Shown here piece after piece: positions 38,915-51,610 of a stretch of 64,000 nucleotides of DNA; position 1 is the first letter of the stretch; every line of letters starts with the position of its first letter. This DNA is from Epiperipatus broadwayi. Lineage: Eukaryota > Animalia > Onychophora. The translations under genes were made by a program, and so were the position numbers. The DNA is taken from NCBI GenBank assembly GCA_028023455.1, contig JAQFVV010000008.1, positions 930,001 through 994,000 of the forward strand, given 5' to 3'. The notes beneath the pieces are model-generated. The model did not search any database. It worked only from the letters and a program-made list of their open reading frames with translations, and was not told where the DNA came from.

Positions 38915-39690
38915 TGTTATTCCCATTCAAAAATAAGGACTTGCAAATAGGGTATTGGAGAAATAAACTCAGACCTCAGTAACCAATAAATCAAAGGATC
39001 CAATGGACAAAATATCGATCTGAATTTTATTGATAGCTTCAAATTATATAAATAGTGCTGGAAATTACATTTATAAGTATTTCTATCTTGATCCTGTCTT
39101 CTATCTTTATTCTGCCAATAGTTATCTTTCTGCCATTATTCATTAATTATTATTATTCTGCTTTAATTAATTAGTATTTGCTAGTTCCAGCAAGTCTTCC
39201 AAGCAAGCAAGAGCAGAGAAGCTGTTATTTGCTTGCTCTGTCAAGCTATTAGAAGGCAGGCCAAAAACCTATCACTGAATCATGTCAAAGAAACCATCAA
39301 CAACAGAAGAAACCATCTGAATGTGTGTCCACTATGTTTCCACCTTAGAAGAGGAAAAGGCTGATGTCCAGTGCTACAGAAAGAACCAACTGCTAAACCA
39401 AGACTTAATTGATATCTATACATCCAAAATGAATGTGAAATAGTGATTTAAACCTTCATCCATCATAGCTATGGTTTTAAGAATCAACTCTATCAATACC
39501 TAAAGACTGAACCTGAACTTTTGAAACAATAAGTATAAACTTTAAATTAAATTTTAGTTAATCATTGTCTCTTATCTAATGATATATATATTAATGAGTA
39601 GTTATTTACTTAATCTGTTTACAAGCAGATATAGCAAGATATTGTAGTTTGTTCTATTTAAATATCAATCTACAATTTAGTTGGTGCTGA
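38915..39690 (+). mobile_element. Probable LTR followed by a PBS-like TGGTGCTG
   Basis: TGTTATT start, TATAAATAG near 39047, ...CTACA end at 39674, then TTGGTGCTGA. No partner LTR was seen. Confidence 0.35.
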
Positions 39691-40724
39691 TTGTACTAAA
39701 TAAGTTTATAAAATGCAATTAACTTGTAATTGCCATCTCTTGTCATATTATTAAAAGGTGTATATTAATTAAACCATTATTCCCACTTTATTTAAAAGAT
39801 AAATATGTTAAAGCAATAAATTCGAGTTCAATTATGCTGCATAGCCAAGCTAGATTAAAATTATATTGATAGACATTGGTTAGAGCTAACTGTTCTTGTG
39901 TTTTGAGATATTATTATTGATAAAAGTGAACAGCTGATATCCTTCAATACAGGTTATGCTAGTTACATCTGATTCTCATTTTTATGTAATGCATCAGTAT
40001 TAGATGATAGAAACTTTCATTATATAAAATCATGTGAAATACTATTTGATATCAATTTAATTTCATAAATGTACATTCAACATATGATATAAAAATCCAA
40101 TAAAATACAAAACAAAAAAAAAAGAGTGGCAAGCAAAGAAATGAGACTATTAAAATATACAAATATTGATCTAGTGTCAGATCTATACAATTATGCAAGC
40201 ATCATGATTTATGTTCAAATTTAAAAATTTGTTGAATTTTAAGAGTGTTAAAAGTGGTTTTAGTTTTGAATCCCCAAGTTTTCATTGATAAAGACAAAAA
40301 CCTGATGACCAATGAAAATTTAAGCTTACTATAATTAGTGCTAAGGTACAGATAGGTGAAATATCTTTGTTAATATAATAAACTTTGAGAGATAAGTGAT
40401 ATTGAGCTGATATGCATTTAAATTAATTATGAGAAAAACCAGAAATTTGTGACCAGTGAGAACTCAAACTTGCAGAAATTGGTTCTAGAATATAAAAAGG
40501 TAAATGATCTTGTAAACACAATAAGCATTAAGTGGTAAGTGATGTTGCGCAGATATATGTCTAAAGAAATTACACAAATTCCTTCAAATTCTTGATGTGA
40601 TATGTTGGACTATTTCCAAAATCTATCATTAAATGTTAAATGTCTAAAAAATTTAAAATTTTTTCAAATACAAATAACAGTTAGTAATAACACCCAAAGA
40701 CAATACAGATTTGTATATTACACA

Positions 40725-40895
40725 AGGCAAAACTCTCCATACAGTAACACCACTTATTGATGAAAGCCACAAGCTAGAAATTGGGGATATTGGATGAATA
40801 GGCACTAGATAGGAATTTTATGCACAAACCTTCCTGCATCCATTGATTACTCTGGCTTGCACTAAATGGAGCTACTGTATGGAGAATTTTGCCTC
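40725..40895 (+). mobile_element. Truncated family-B hammerhead repeat with 21-bp inverted ends
   Basis: GGCAAAACTCTCCATACAGTA...TACTGTATGGAGAATTTTGCC. Internal TGATGA-AAGC(CACA)AGCTA-GAAA with stem III deleted. Confidence 0.75.
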
Positions 40896-40910
40896 TGGAT
40901 GTACATTATA

Positions 40911-41120
40911 CATTTCGAGTGGTATTATTCTCTGCTGTTCTTCATGTATTGCTAGCCTGCCCAGTGACAATGCTAGCATAATAGCTCAGTTGGTTAGAAA
41001 GTTGCTTTAAAATTTGATATTCAAGAATCTAAAGGTGTCAGTTTGATTCTTGTGCTAACAATGCTACTGGACAGGCCAGTAACATCTAAAGAAGAGCAGA
41101 GAATAATACCATTCAAAATG
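40911..41120 (+). mobile_element. tRNA-like segment + hammerhead tail preceded by an inverted copy of the tail
   Basis: TAGCTCAGTTGGTTAGA at 40982; arms 40911-40978 and 41053-41120 are inverted copies; homologous to 28241-28399. Confidence 0.75.
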
Positions 41121-43563
41121 TTGTGCAATCTACTAATCTTGTTGTCTTAGTGTATTATTACTAACAGTTATTTGTATTTGAAAAACATTAAATAAAGTTT
41201 AAAATTTTCTAGACATTCAACATTAATCATAATGATAAAAATACTCCAACATATTATCACATTTAAAATACCATCATCACAACCTTCAAGAAAATTCCTA
41301 CATATAATTAATGCAAGGTAAAAAAAAACCGTTGCATTTAAAACTTATTTTAAAATATTCAATTTAAATGAAGAGATAGATTCAAACTTATGATTTTACT
41401 CAGAAAATAAGTGCAATTAAATATTTGAAATACTGGATTAATTGTATATTTTTCAGTGATTAAAAAACAAAATCGAAATTGTAAAAAAATTGAAGGAGTT
41501 TGTGCAATTTATTTATTCATTTATTTAAATATATAGGCCCAAGTAATATATGAAGAAGAGATTCCTATTGCATATTTTTTTTATACAGTATACTGATAAT
41601 TAATATACATCTGCTGAATGAAATGTTAAATTCAAAAATGAGAAATAAAAAAATATGGTAGAAAATATATTTGAAACAAAAAATGAAGTAGAACAATTAA
41701 TTAGTTTCAGTGAACCCAATGAACTTTCTCATTATGAACCTACTTCACCATTTAAAAAAAGATAATAAAGCTATGTGACAGAAAAATAGACATTTATACA
41801 TAGAAACTTCTAAACTTTAAAAAAAGCAATTTTATATTATATCAAAAGAGTGCAATAGTAAAAATAAGACTTGGAGAGGACTACAATTACTCATGTGCAA
41901 ACTCTGAAAAAACTTGATAAGATCTGCAAAACCTAAATACATTTTTAAAAAAAACATATCAATTAATACTTATAAAATCCTGGGGCTTAATGATAGAGAA
42001 TATGGAAAACTATTTTAAAAAATCATTTAAAAGACAACCTAGTAAATTTTAAAAAAAAACACAAGATCTTTCATTTATAGTTATATGTTAGACTATTTAC
42101 ATCATCTTGAATTGGTAAACATTTTTAGAAAAACTTAAGACTTTATTAAATACATTCAATTATTAGTAATAATACAAAGTTTAGTAAGGAACACAATATT
42201 TTGAACAGTATTATTTTCTCTTCAAATGTTCCTGGCAGAAAGAAAAAAAAGTAAAGAAATGGCTAATTTCATTAGCCAAGTTGGTGTAATAATTCATGGT
42301 TGAAAAACACATTCAATCTCTGCCTTAAAAAGAAAAAATGGAGAATTCAGAAGTACCTTCATAAATAAATTATATAAAATTTCAATTGCCTATTGCTGTT
42401 GACAGAATAGCTTACTGGTTAAAGTATCACCTTAAATTCAGTATTCAAAAATATAAAGGAATAAGTTCAATTCCTATGCTACTTAACAATGATCAGGCCA
42501 GCAATATCTTTAATTGAGGGAGAATAAACCATGAGATATGTATTCCACACTAACTGTGAGTTATTATTAATAGTAGAATGTACTTAGAAAAGTATAAATA
42601 AAGTTTGAATTTCTCTAAAATCATTTACTATTCAACTAGATAATGAAAATAATCCAATTTATAACTATAAGTAAAATACTATCATCACAAATCTTAAGAT
42701 AATAATAAAGATTTTTTTTTTATCGACATGAAATGAAAATTCCAAAGAACTTCTTAAATAAATGTGCAGTAACATTGCAGCAAGATTGAAAAAAAAATAA
42801 AAATAAATTTAAAAAAATAAAACAAGGACTATCTTTCAAAAGATCATGAAATCCAAAAAATGTTCTAATTTTGTATAAGAAATTACTTAAAGATGCCAAA
42901 TGATAGATTTTAATATATGAATCACAAAGTTCATAAAGTTTTACTACAAAGACAATAACAAGACAAATAATTTAAGAAATTAAATTTTTGAGAAAAACAT
43001 GAATAATAGAAGATACTTTTGACATAACTATAAAAAAATGAAGGGCAATAGAAATGACAATACAATATCAGAAGTGTACTAGTGACTAAATAAGTTTCAA
43101 AATATTATGTGGAAGATATACATTATCAGCTATAATTAATCCACTGCATAATATATTGTTTTAATACTTTTCCACAAGTTTCTATTATAAGTCTCCCCAT
43201 TCCAACACACATCACCACTATCACTACCACTAACACAAAGATCTAGCAAACTATTTGTTTTCCTAAGTCACATTATTTACTGCAGTATTTTTAATCCCTT
43301 GGGATACAATCTAAAACAGTTTTCATCTATCAAACATTTTTCTTCTAGAAATTTTCAATTCTTCTATTTATCTAAATCAGTTTAATTATTGTTTTTTTCT
43401 TTTTATGTTATTTCATTAGTCTCAATAATACTTTATATTCCATGCGTCATAATCATATATTAGAATGAGTAAAACACTAATTAAAAACTTTTATATGAAT
43501 GTGCAAATATATATATATATATATATAAATTGAATAACAAATATTTCAATAAAAAAAAAATAC

Positions 43564-43675
43564 CTGTTGATATGAATTTCTTGTTGCTCAGTACTCAAAT
43601 GAGATATTTTTTTGTTACATATGTAACAATATACTGCACTTTTATCTTCAGAAGAACAAAGTTTTTCCAAAGTTT
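43564..43675 (-). CDS. SLX4: SLX4 exon, UBZ4-1 (ETLEKLCSSEDKSAVYCYICNKKISHLSTEQQEIHINR)
   Basis: Acceptor TTTTTTTAATAG| and donor AG|GTATTT flank an open 112-nt exon. CxxC...H-x-N-R matches the first UBZ of SLX4 (human: CQICQKNL...QHVNRC). Confidence 0.9.
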
Positions 43676-45397
43676 CTATTAAAAAAATAATAATTTAACT
43701 GTATTTTATGTATATATGCATGTGAATATATATATATGAATAAAGAAAAAGAGAGAAAGGGATGGAAATGCAATAAAAATAATATAGGTTATAACCAAAC
43801 TATGAGAACGAAAACTGAAAGAAAACTGTCAGTAAATAATAAACCAACTGAACAACTACTTACATAAAATTATATATAGAAAAGCATTAGTGTCAAAATA
43901 TTAATTAGTCAATTTATAATAAAATCAACAAAAAAGGTTAGAATTTATTATTCTATATTAAAATATAATTTAAAGAAAAGAAAATCTGTAAAAAAAAAAA
44001 AAAAATATTATTATTAATATTTTATTCTGCAAAAAAACAACAACAAACAATTGTTATCAACTAAAAATGGTGCTTAGATTCCTCATATGATTTTAAAAAA
44101 TTGAGCAAGGAAAATTCCTAATGTGGTCCATAATTTTACTGCAAACAAAAATGCAAAGACCAATGTAATAATTTTACTAACTTTCATCTCTAACTGGAAT
44201 TAAAACCCATTAAAGTCTTCCCATTTTCTTAGAAGCCTGATTGTATTTTATTGATGACAGATTAAATGTACTTATTTATATTGACTTCTTTTCTTATGAC
44301 AATAAAAAATTCTGGTCATTCATTCCCCAAATATTGTAAAATTGTCAGCCAAAGAAGCAATTTGCAATTAAAGGCAAAGTGTCAAGACATTTCAGATCTA
44401 ATCTGCAATTTAATAATTTTATATCTGATCACTATAACTAATTATAATTTTGAAATAAAAAGTGATTACAAAAACTGGAATACGAACTCTCATACAATAA
44501 ACGAGACATTATTACAAAAAAAGAAGGTAATTTTAAAAATGAACACATAATTTATTACAAAGACACAAATATTAAAAATACAAGTGAAATGAGATTTATT
44601 ATAAATAAAACACAAAAAACAACAATTTGAAGATTGACAATATATCAGATAGAAGCTAGGTTTGTTTTCAACTTAATGGAGATATCAAATACAAATAACT
44701 GCAATTTATACCTTAACAAATTATCATTGTGATAAAAAAGTGGAAGAGTTTTATAAAAATGAATTAAAAAAATTTGAAAAACCATTTTAAAAGTGCCACA
44801 GAAATTTTAATATAAAATTGAAAGAAAAAATCTGCAAGAGTAGTGCACAAATTTGGGAATAGAAAAAGAAAAGAAAGAAGACACAGATTTGTGATATATG
44901 CAGAAAAAACAAATAAAGCAAGAATTAAGTTGGCTTTTTTTAAAAAAAAAAAAAACTATAAAGGAAAAAATATGAAATAATGTGCCTAATAAATGCAACA
45001 CATAAATTATTTCGAGAAATATGTATTAATGCAAAACTGTAAACAAAATATTGTTTAGAAAAAACAAGAGCAATTAATATTTCCAACTTTCAAAAATCAG
45101 AATTTATTTAAAATATTAAGATTTTGACCGAGATCATTATTTAAAATAAAGAAATAATAATAAAAATCTTTTGGCAAATTATTACAAAATATTTAAATAA
45201 GGATATAATAACTAACTGAAAGAATACATAGTGATTTACAAAAGATGAAACAATATATCAGAAATTACAGATTTTTAAAATTTCTGACATTTACATATAA
45301 GAAGATATTAGAAATTATAAACATCATTTTTTTCATAGTTATCCAAATTTAGCATATTATATAATGAGCATGCTAATAGCTCTTAACAAGCTTTTTT

Positions 45398-45460
45398 GAA
45401 TATCCTTATCTCAGACCGGTTTCTAGCTCTGGCTGTCATCAGTGAGGCACTAGGACATTC
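45398..45460 (-). ncRNA. Type I hammerhead ribozyme motif, best-preserved family-A copy
   Basis: GAATGTCCT-AGTGC-CTCA-CTGATGA-CAGC(CAGA)GCTA-GAAA-C(CG)G-TC/TGAG-ATA-AGGATATTC. Confidence 0.88.
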
Positions 45461-45776
45461 AGATATTAGATTTAAAATACCAGGTCAAGCCCCAGCATTT
45501 ATCTAATAGTTACCTATTAAGTAGAAAATCTGAAATTTTCACACATCCATCCAACTATCTAACTTAAATAGCCATATGGGACTGAACTAAGTTCACCCAC
45601 ACTGTATATTAATAGCTTTAGCAATATCAAATCATCAAAGCACCAAGAGCAAAACAATAACTGCAAGGCAATAAAGTCATATAGCACATGACATATGGAT
45701 ATCCGAAAATTTTAGATTTTGTACTGAAACTATTAGATAAATGCTGGGGCTTGACTTGCTATTTTAAATCTAATAT

Positions 45777-45839
45777 GAATGTCCTAGTGCACCCTGATGT
45801 CAGCCAGAGCTAGAAATGGGTCTGATGATAGGAATTTTC
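45777..45839 (+). ncRNA. Hammerhead motif, decayed (CTGATGT core)
   Basis: GAATGTCCTAGTGCACC-CTGATGT-CAGCCAGAGCTA-GAAA-TGGGTC-TGATGATAGGAATTTTC. Confidence 0.7.
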
Positions 45840-46149
45840 AGAAAAGCTTGTTAAGAGCTACTAGCAAGCTCATTATATAACATTTGTAGTACAAGCTTAT
45901 TAAATCAAGTCATATGATATATGATTTGATTTTCTTGCAACTATTATTTTGTTCTTGAGGCTTTGGTGATTTTATATTGCTAAACTATTAATATATGGTG
46001 TACTTGAACTTAGTTCAGTCCCATATGGATATTTAAGTTAGATAGCTGGATTTGAAGACATATGGATGTCTGAAAATTTCAGATTTTCTATTTAATAGGT
46101 AACTATTAGATAAATGTTGGGATTTGACCTGGTATTTTAAATCTAATAC

Positions 46150-46217
46150 CTGAATGTCCTTTAGCCTCAATGATGACAGCCAGAGCTAGAAACTGGTTTG
46201 AGGATAGGGATATTCAG
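46150..46217 (+). ncRNA. Hammerhead motif, decayed (ATGATGA core, GTT site)
   Basis: CTGAATGTCCT-TTAG-CCTCA-ATGATGA-CAGCCAGAGCTA-GAAA-CTGGTT-TGAGG-ATA-GGGATATTCAG. Confidence 0.75.
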
Positions 46218-46479
46218 AAAATCTTGTTAAGAGCTATTAGCATGCTCATTATATAACATTTGTAATACAAGCTTATTAAGTTAAGCCAAGTGATATGACT
46301 TCATTTCCTTGCAAAAATAAGCATAGTAGGCCAATACAATTATTATAAGATGATAATTATCTAATTATTATTATTATTATTATTATTTATCAAATTTGTT
46401 TATATAACAATACTTTCTGGAAGTAAAAATGAGCTTAACAAAACAATAAAAAGATTTGATAAAATTTGTTAAAAAGTTT

Positions 46480-46800
46480 AAAATAAAAATAAGTACAATT
46501 AAAATTAAAGCAGTAAACATAAGTGGAAATAATAAAATAATAATAATGGTAGTTAATAGAAATTTATTTATAGAACAGATTAAATCTTTGAAATATTTAG
46601 GAAATTAATTTATGATGGAAACGGTTACAAAAAAAAATCAGAATAAAAATTGCAATGGTTAAATAGGCCATTAATTGTGGCAAAAATTATTTTATAGACC
46701 TAACATAAAATCTTATTAAATGTTAAAGTGAAGCACAATACAAATCAAAAATTAAAATAGGAAAAAAGATGAAGATATAAAGGTTTGGAGTAAAATGCAT
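46480..46800 (+). pseudogene. RTE/CR1-type LINE RT C-terminal remnant
   Basis: EQIKSLKYLG followed by a decayed RIKIAM segment. Confidence 0.5.
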
Positions 46801-47429
46801 AAAATAGTATTTCCATATGTTATGAACTCTATTAATTTGGAATGTTAATCTGGAAAAAAATCATTTATTTTTGAAAATGAAGCAAACATAATATAAAACT
46901 GAACTGTTGGCTATTAAAATGACATGAAAAAATTTAGTTAAAATTAAATAATCAATTCAAAAAGTTATGATCCAATTAATGAAAACTAGTAATTCATGAT
47001 TTAAAAATAAAAATTAATGCTAGTGGTTTGAGCTTTGAAAAATCTAAACCACAAAATAAAGAAAGAAAGAAATTCATCTCAGAAAATAAAATTCAATTAA
47101 GAGAAAGTAACAAATATGAGGGGGAGGGAAAGAGTAAAATAAAATATCAAAGCTGTTCATAACTAATTTGTAAGTACTAGTATTATTTATTATATGAAAA
47201 GCAATTTTCTTCATAAAAATAAAAAAAAATAAAAACTGAATATGTAATACATAGATAAAATAAAATTTTGCATTAATTAGAAAATAGCTTAATATACAAA
47301 ATAATAATAACTTTTATTAATTAGAAAATGACTTAGTTGAAAAAATCAGCAAAATTTAGAAAAGAAAAAAAATTAATTCCAAAGGAAAAAAATAAGACAT
47401 CAAAATTGAAAATAAAGCCATGAGTATTC

Positions 47430-47800
47430 AATCTTTTCAAGTAATTTTAATTTCAAACAATATCAAAAACTTTTTCAACCAAATCAAAATCCTTGATCAA
47501 ATCAATATAACAATATACAAATCAAGTTTTTGCTTTTAACACTTTTCTTGTGTTTTCTTCCAAATAATTTTCTAACAATTCACCTGTAATTGAAAGCAAC
47601 ATATTCAATAAAATACATGAAATTTTTTTTACTGTAATGGATAAAAATGATATTCCATTATAATTACTACAGTCTCCTGTATTTTTTAATTTCTATAAAT
47701 TCATATACGAATAAAAAATTCCAATCATTTTGAAGCTAATATATGATCATCAAATTTTAACATTTCTTCAGATATTTTATCACAATTTAGATTTTCCATT
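47430..47800 (-). pseudogene. RTE/CR1-type LINE RT N-terminal remnant
   Basis: GDCSNYNGISFLSIT...ILLN and YIDLIKDFDLV, decayed forms of NYRGISLL and FIDLxKAFDxV. Confidence 0.6.
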
Positions 47801-50285
47801 TTTAATATTATTAAATACTACTTTAACTTTAACAAATGGATATCTCTGTCCAAATCTAATTGACTCAGTAAGATGATACATCATTTGAATTCTTATATAA
47901 TTATTCAAAAGATGAACTAAGTATTTCATTAGTTCAGATTATGCTATCATTTATCAGATCCAATTCATTTACAATATATCAAAAAAAAGAATAAGATTTA
48001 CAGTGATTATGATCAACAAATATGTTTCCTTTGCAATTTTAATCCACTGATCATTCTTAAGATTTCCTTTTATTGTGTATGAATTTCCAATTTGATTTTA
48101 TTATTCAGCCAAACAAAAAAAAAAAAAGCTACATTTTCTTTAAATCAACTCATTAATAATACATTAAGTCAAAAAAGCAATTAGGAATCCTTTTTAAGAG
48201 ATTCCAAAAAGGAATTTATTTATATTCAAAACATAACTTAAAATTCCAGGCCACATAACAAGAATGAAAATACAAAGTGACAATTTTAAAATTAGCGGTT
48301 AAAAACTGCTGAAATTTACAACTAGCAGCAGTTACTTCAAAAGAACATACAAATCTTGTCTTTATATGTTTAAGAGAAGATCTATTTTTTATTGCAACTA
48401 TTGGTTTTAATTTTGAACATGCTAATTGTGTGATCAGTCCACAATCTGCCATCACTAATGCTCACGTAATATTAACTTCTTATATATGGTAATTTCTAAG
48501 TATAATGTAATTTTTGAGATTTCTGTTTTGCATCCACATTTCTATAAATAAAATTTTTTGCCTAAATTACGTGTTTGTAAAAATCAATTAATTTGTTCTG
48601 TGGCTATTGTTTCCAATAATTTTAGTCATATTTTATTGACTTCACCACATTAAAAGATTGAAAAAAAAAAATCATTCTTTTAAAAATATTAATCACACCA
48701 CACTATACAATAAAGAATAAATATTTTCTTTCTCTGAACTGTCTGAATCTAATATTGGAGGACGCAAATCAATTTTTAATATTATTAATTTTTCAATGAT
48801 ATATTTAGAAAGTTCAAAAATAGAAAATGTGAAACTAGACTTCACAAACCCAAGGTCACACAAGCTCCTTTCAGTCAAGGAAGAACTCTTCCAAAAAATA
48901 TTTATAACTATATGGCTATTCAGTTAAATATCCGTCATCTAATTTTATTAAAAGTAGCTATCAAATATATCAAATTTAAATATTTTAAGCATAATTTGCA
49001 TTTTCCATGTTCCTATATGCGGGGGAAAAAAATTGAAATGTTTTGCCCAAACATAAGCAAACAATCATTTGTTTAAACTCCTAACTCAAATCAATTTCAG
49101 AGCAAGTCATTTTTGACTGTATAATGTTATGCATAATCATAATAAGAAACTCCCAGTCTATTAAAACTATCCCAATAATTGCTTTCTCAACACCAATGGC
49201 TTTATATAAATTCATTCTTATACATATTTGTCTTCAAAAAAACAATTGCTTTGTTTGAGATTAAAGAATAAAAAATATGGTTACACAAATTCACTACCCC
49301 AATGCCAGAATTAGTGCACCTCTTTATAATAATTGTAATAATGGATATGAGAAGCTAATGACAATCACATACTATATTAATTGATCTTAGGTCAGTTAAA
49401 AAAAGAGAGAGAGAGAGGACAAAATAACATTGAAAATAGATTGCAGAATATACTCTTAATCAGCATTTATTAATAATATGCCCTATGAGAAAATTATTCC
49501 ATTATCCGTCACCTGTGAAAACCACTTGTAAACTAAATTCACACTTGAGTAAGTATATAATATCAGTTAATTTTATATTTATTAATAATTACAATTTTAT
49601 ATTTTAGAAATTTTTTGATTTAAAAGACATATATTGTGTAAGATAAAGAATTTATTTATTACAAAATTCTTCAAAAATTAAAATATTATCTTTAAAAGAC
49701 TAGTAGCCAAGGAAAACTAAAAAGATAATATAAAGATATTAATTTTTTCAAAAATCTGGTTGTCTTTTAACAATTTATTTAAATTGATTTTATATTATTT
49801 ATAAATATGGAAATTCCAACTCATGATAAAAAAGAGATAAAGGGCAAAAAAGTCATAAATATGTTCTCATATCACAGATTCGTTCTTTAATCTATTTGTT
49901 GTCTATTCTGTATTTTATCTTAAATAATATTCTCTGAATAAAAATGCTGCATCTCACATCAAAGTTCATTTCTGGTTAGAAAAACTACCAAATTATTTAA
50001 ATTGATCACGTCCTCAAGCTAATAATTATCAGAACTAAAAAAATTTTTTCTGTTTTTTTATCACTAGCTTATAAAGCACCTGGGTATCTCTCAATCACAA
50101 CAGTCCATTAACATTAAATATGATAACAATTTCACAGCAAAATATTTGTAAATAGGTTATCTTGTTTAAAGAAAAAAATTCACACATCTCTTAATGCATT
50201 TTTGTTAAGACTAATATAATAATCCATTTTCATAAAATCATTTTTAATGTTCTTCCTCTATCTCTTTTCCTTACAATCATCATAA

Positions 50286-51610
50286 TACCGGGTCGAACCG
50301 CTGAAACCACCTACTTATACGTATATAAGTTTTGGCCGGTTTCAAACTCCTTCATAATACATTTATATTCTTATAAAGGTTACGTGAACGAACCGGCACG
50401 TTCGAGCAAAATGGGAGATCTTATTGATAGCTTTAACTATCAACAATGGCCTATCTCGGCTGCTAGATTCAAACCCCTACTATCCAAATACTTTATTTGT
50501 TTCGGGGTAAACCCCTGGGGCGCCAGCTAGTCTGAAGACTAATGTATTCGGGCAGTAGGCTCATAATCCAGCGCTCGAAATATTCCCTATAACTAGCTCA
50601 GTCTAATTTTAATTCAATAACAAAATTATACAAAATTAGTGGTGGAAAGAGTTAATAAAAGGTTGGTAAAAAGAATTGACCGACAAATAAAAGTTTAAGT
50701 TTGAAGACATTTTATTTTAATTAACATTAATTGAGTTTAAAGATAATTTATTACCAAACATTAATTGACTAAATTTAAACATCTTTATAAATCTGATTTA
50801 ACACATGCACATTTTTAAAGTAACATTTCTAAACTAGTTTAAATATTCTTGTAGATTTTAATAGTAGAACACTGGTATTTATCTAATTTAACTAATAACA
50901 CTGATATAATGATCACGCACATATTAACTAATATAGCATTCACAAATATAATAATAAAGCGTTAATAGCATTTGAAACTTAAACACACATATCAATAGTT
51001 CATTTTATGTATGATAGAATTCATATAATTTGAATCTTGAATATTTACGAATTACAGCGGTGGCTACTACGTATAAATGATAATAAATAAATGTTTACCT
51101 AGGATTTTTGAAACGTGGATATTGCTTGTTGTTGGCTGCTTCTGATGGATTATATCTAACCGGTTAGATTTGAACATTTCTTGAAGAGATTTTGTGCGAA
51201 TCCATTGGTCTTATTCTTGAAGACAGTTGAACGTTTGACGGAGGATTTCCGAGTTGTTAAGCAGACATTATTTCTCAGGCAGGCTTTGATGATCTTGTTG
51301 GACTAAAAAGGCTGAAGTACGAGCGTATATTTCCAAAGGCTGCTCAACAATGCATTTTTGTTTCTTGATACATAATAGAAATTGCACAAGACTGTCACTG
51401 CAAACTAGACTGAATAAAACTGAACTCCGATAAAAATCTAGCTATTTATATCTGTAAAGTCTTTTTTGTTTTAATATCCTCTGGCAAATGAGTGTTGTCG
51501 AAATTTCAGTGATAACTAATCCTATGACGTGTTTTTTGATTGTTTAATTAATAGTAGCTATTTCAAAACGTATTGTTTTCATATCTTTAATTAGTAGCGC
51601 ACCGCTGTGT
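50286..51610 (-). mobile_element. Long-LTR-like element with TATA/Inr and a splice donor; boundaries approximate
   Basis: TATAAATAG (51442-51450), TTCAGTTTTATTCAGT (51409-51424) and AG|GTAAAC (near 51098). Motifs are shared with 8353-10600 and 30069-32300. Confidence 0.5.

Larger units (their letters stand above)
45356..46320. repeat. 375-bp hammerhead-containing tandem repeat (about 1.7 units, plus strand) with an upstream inverted about 335-bp unit
   Basis: GAATGTCCT recurs at 45777 and 46152; 45356-45690 is the reverse complement of the unit; the junction is near 45690. Confidence 0.95.

Noticed and set aside
40296-40325. CTGATGA-CCAAT-GAAA (similar short hits near 34811 and 63458)
   Set aside because: The spacer of 2-5 nt is too short for stem II; such hits are expected by chance in AT-rich DNA.
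40979-41052. Functional tRNA gene
   Set aside because: Anticodon and T arms are degenerate, the B box is mutated, and it sits inside a repeat; called tRNA-derived only.
41800-45330. A-rich plus-strand stretches and the 94-aa ORF at 44266
   Set aside because: Probably very old LINE or PLE debris; no motif could be read with confidence.
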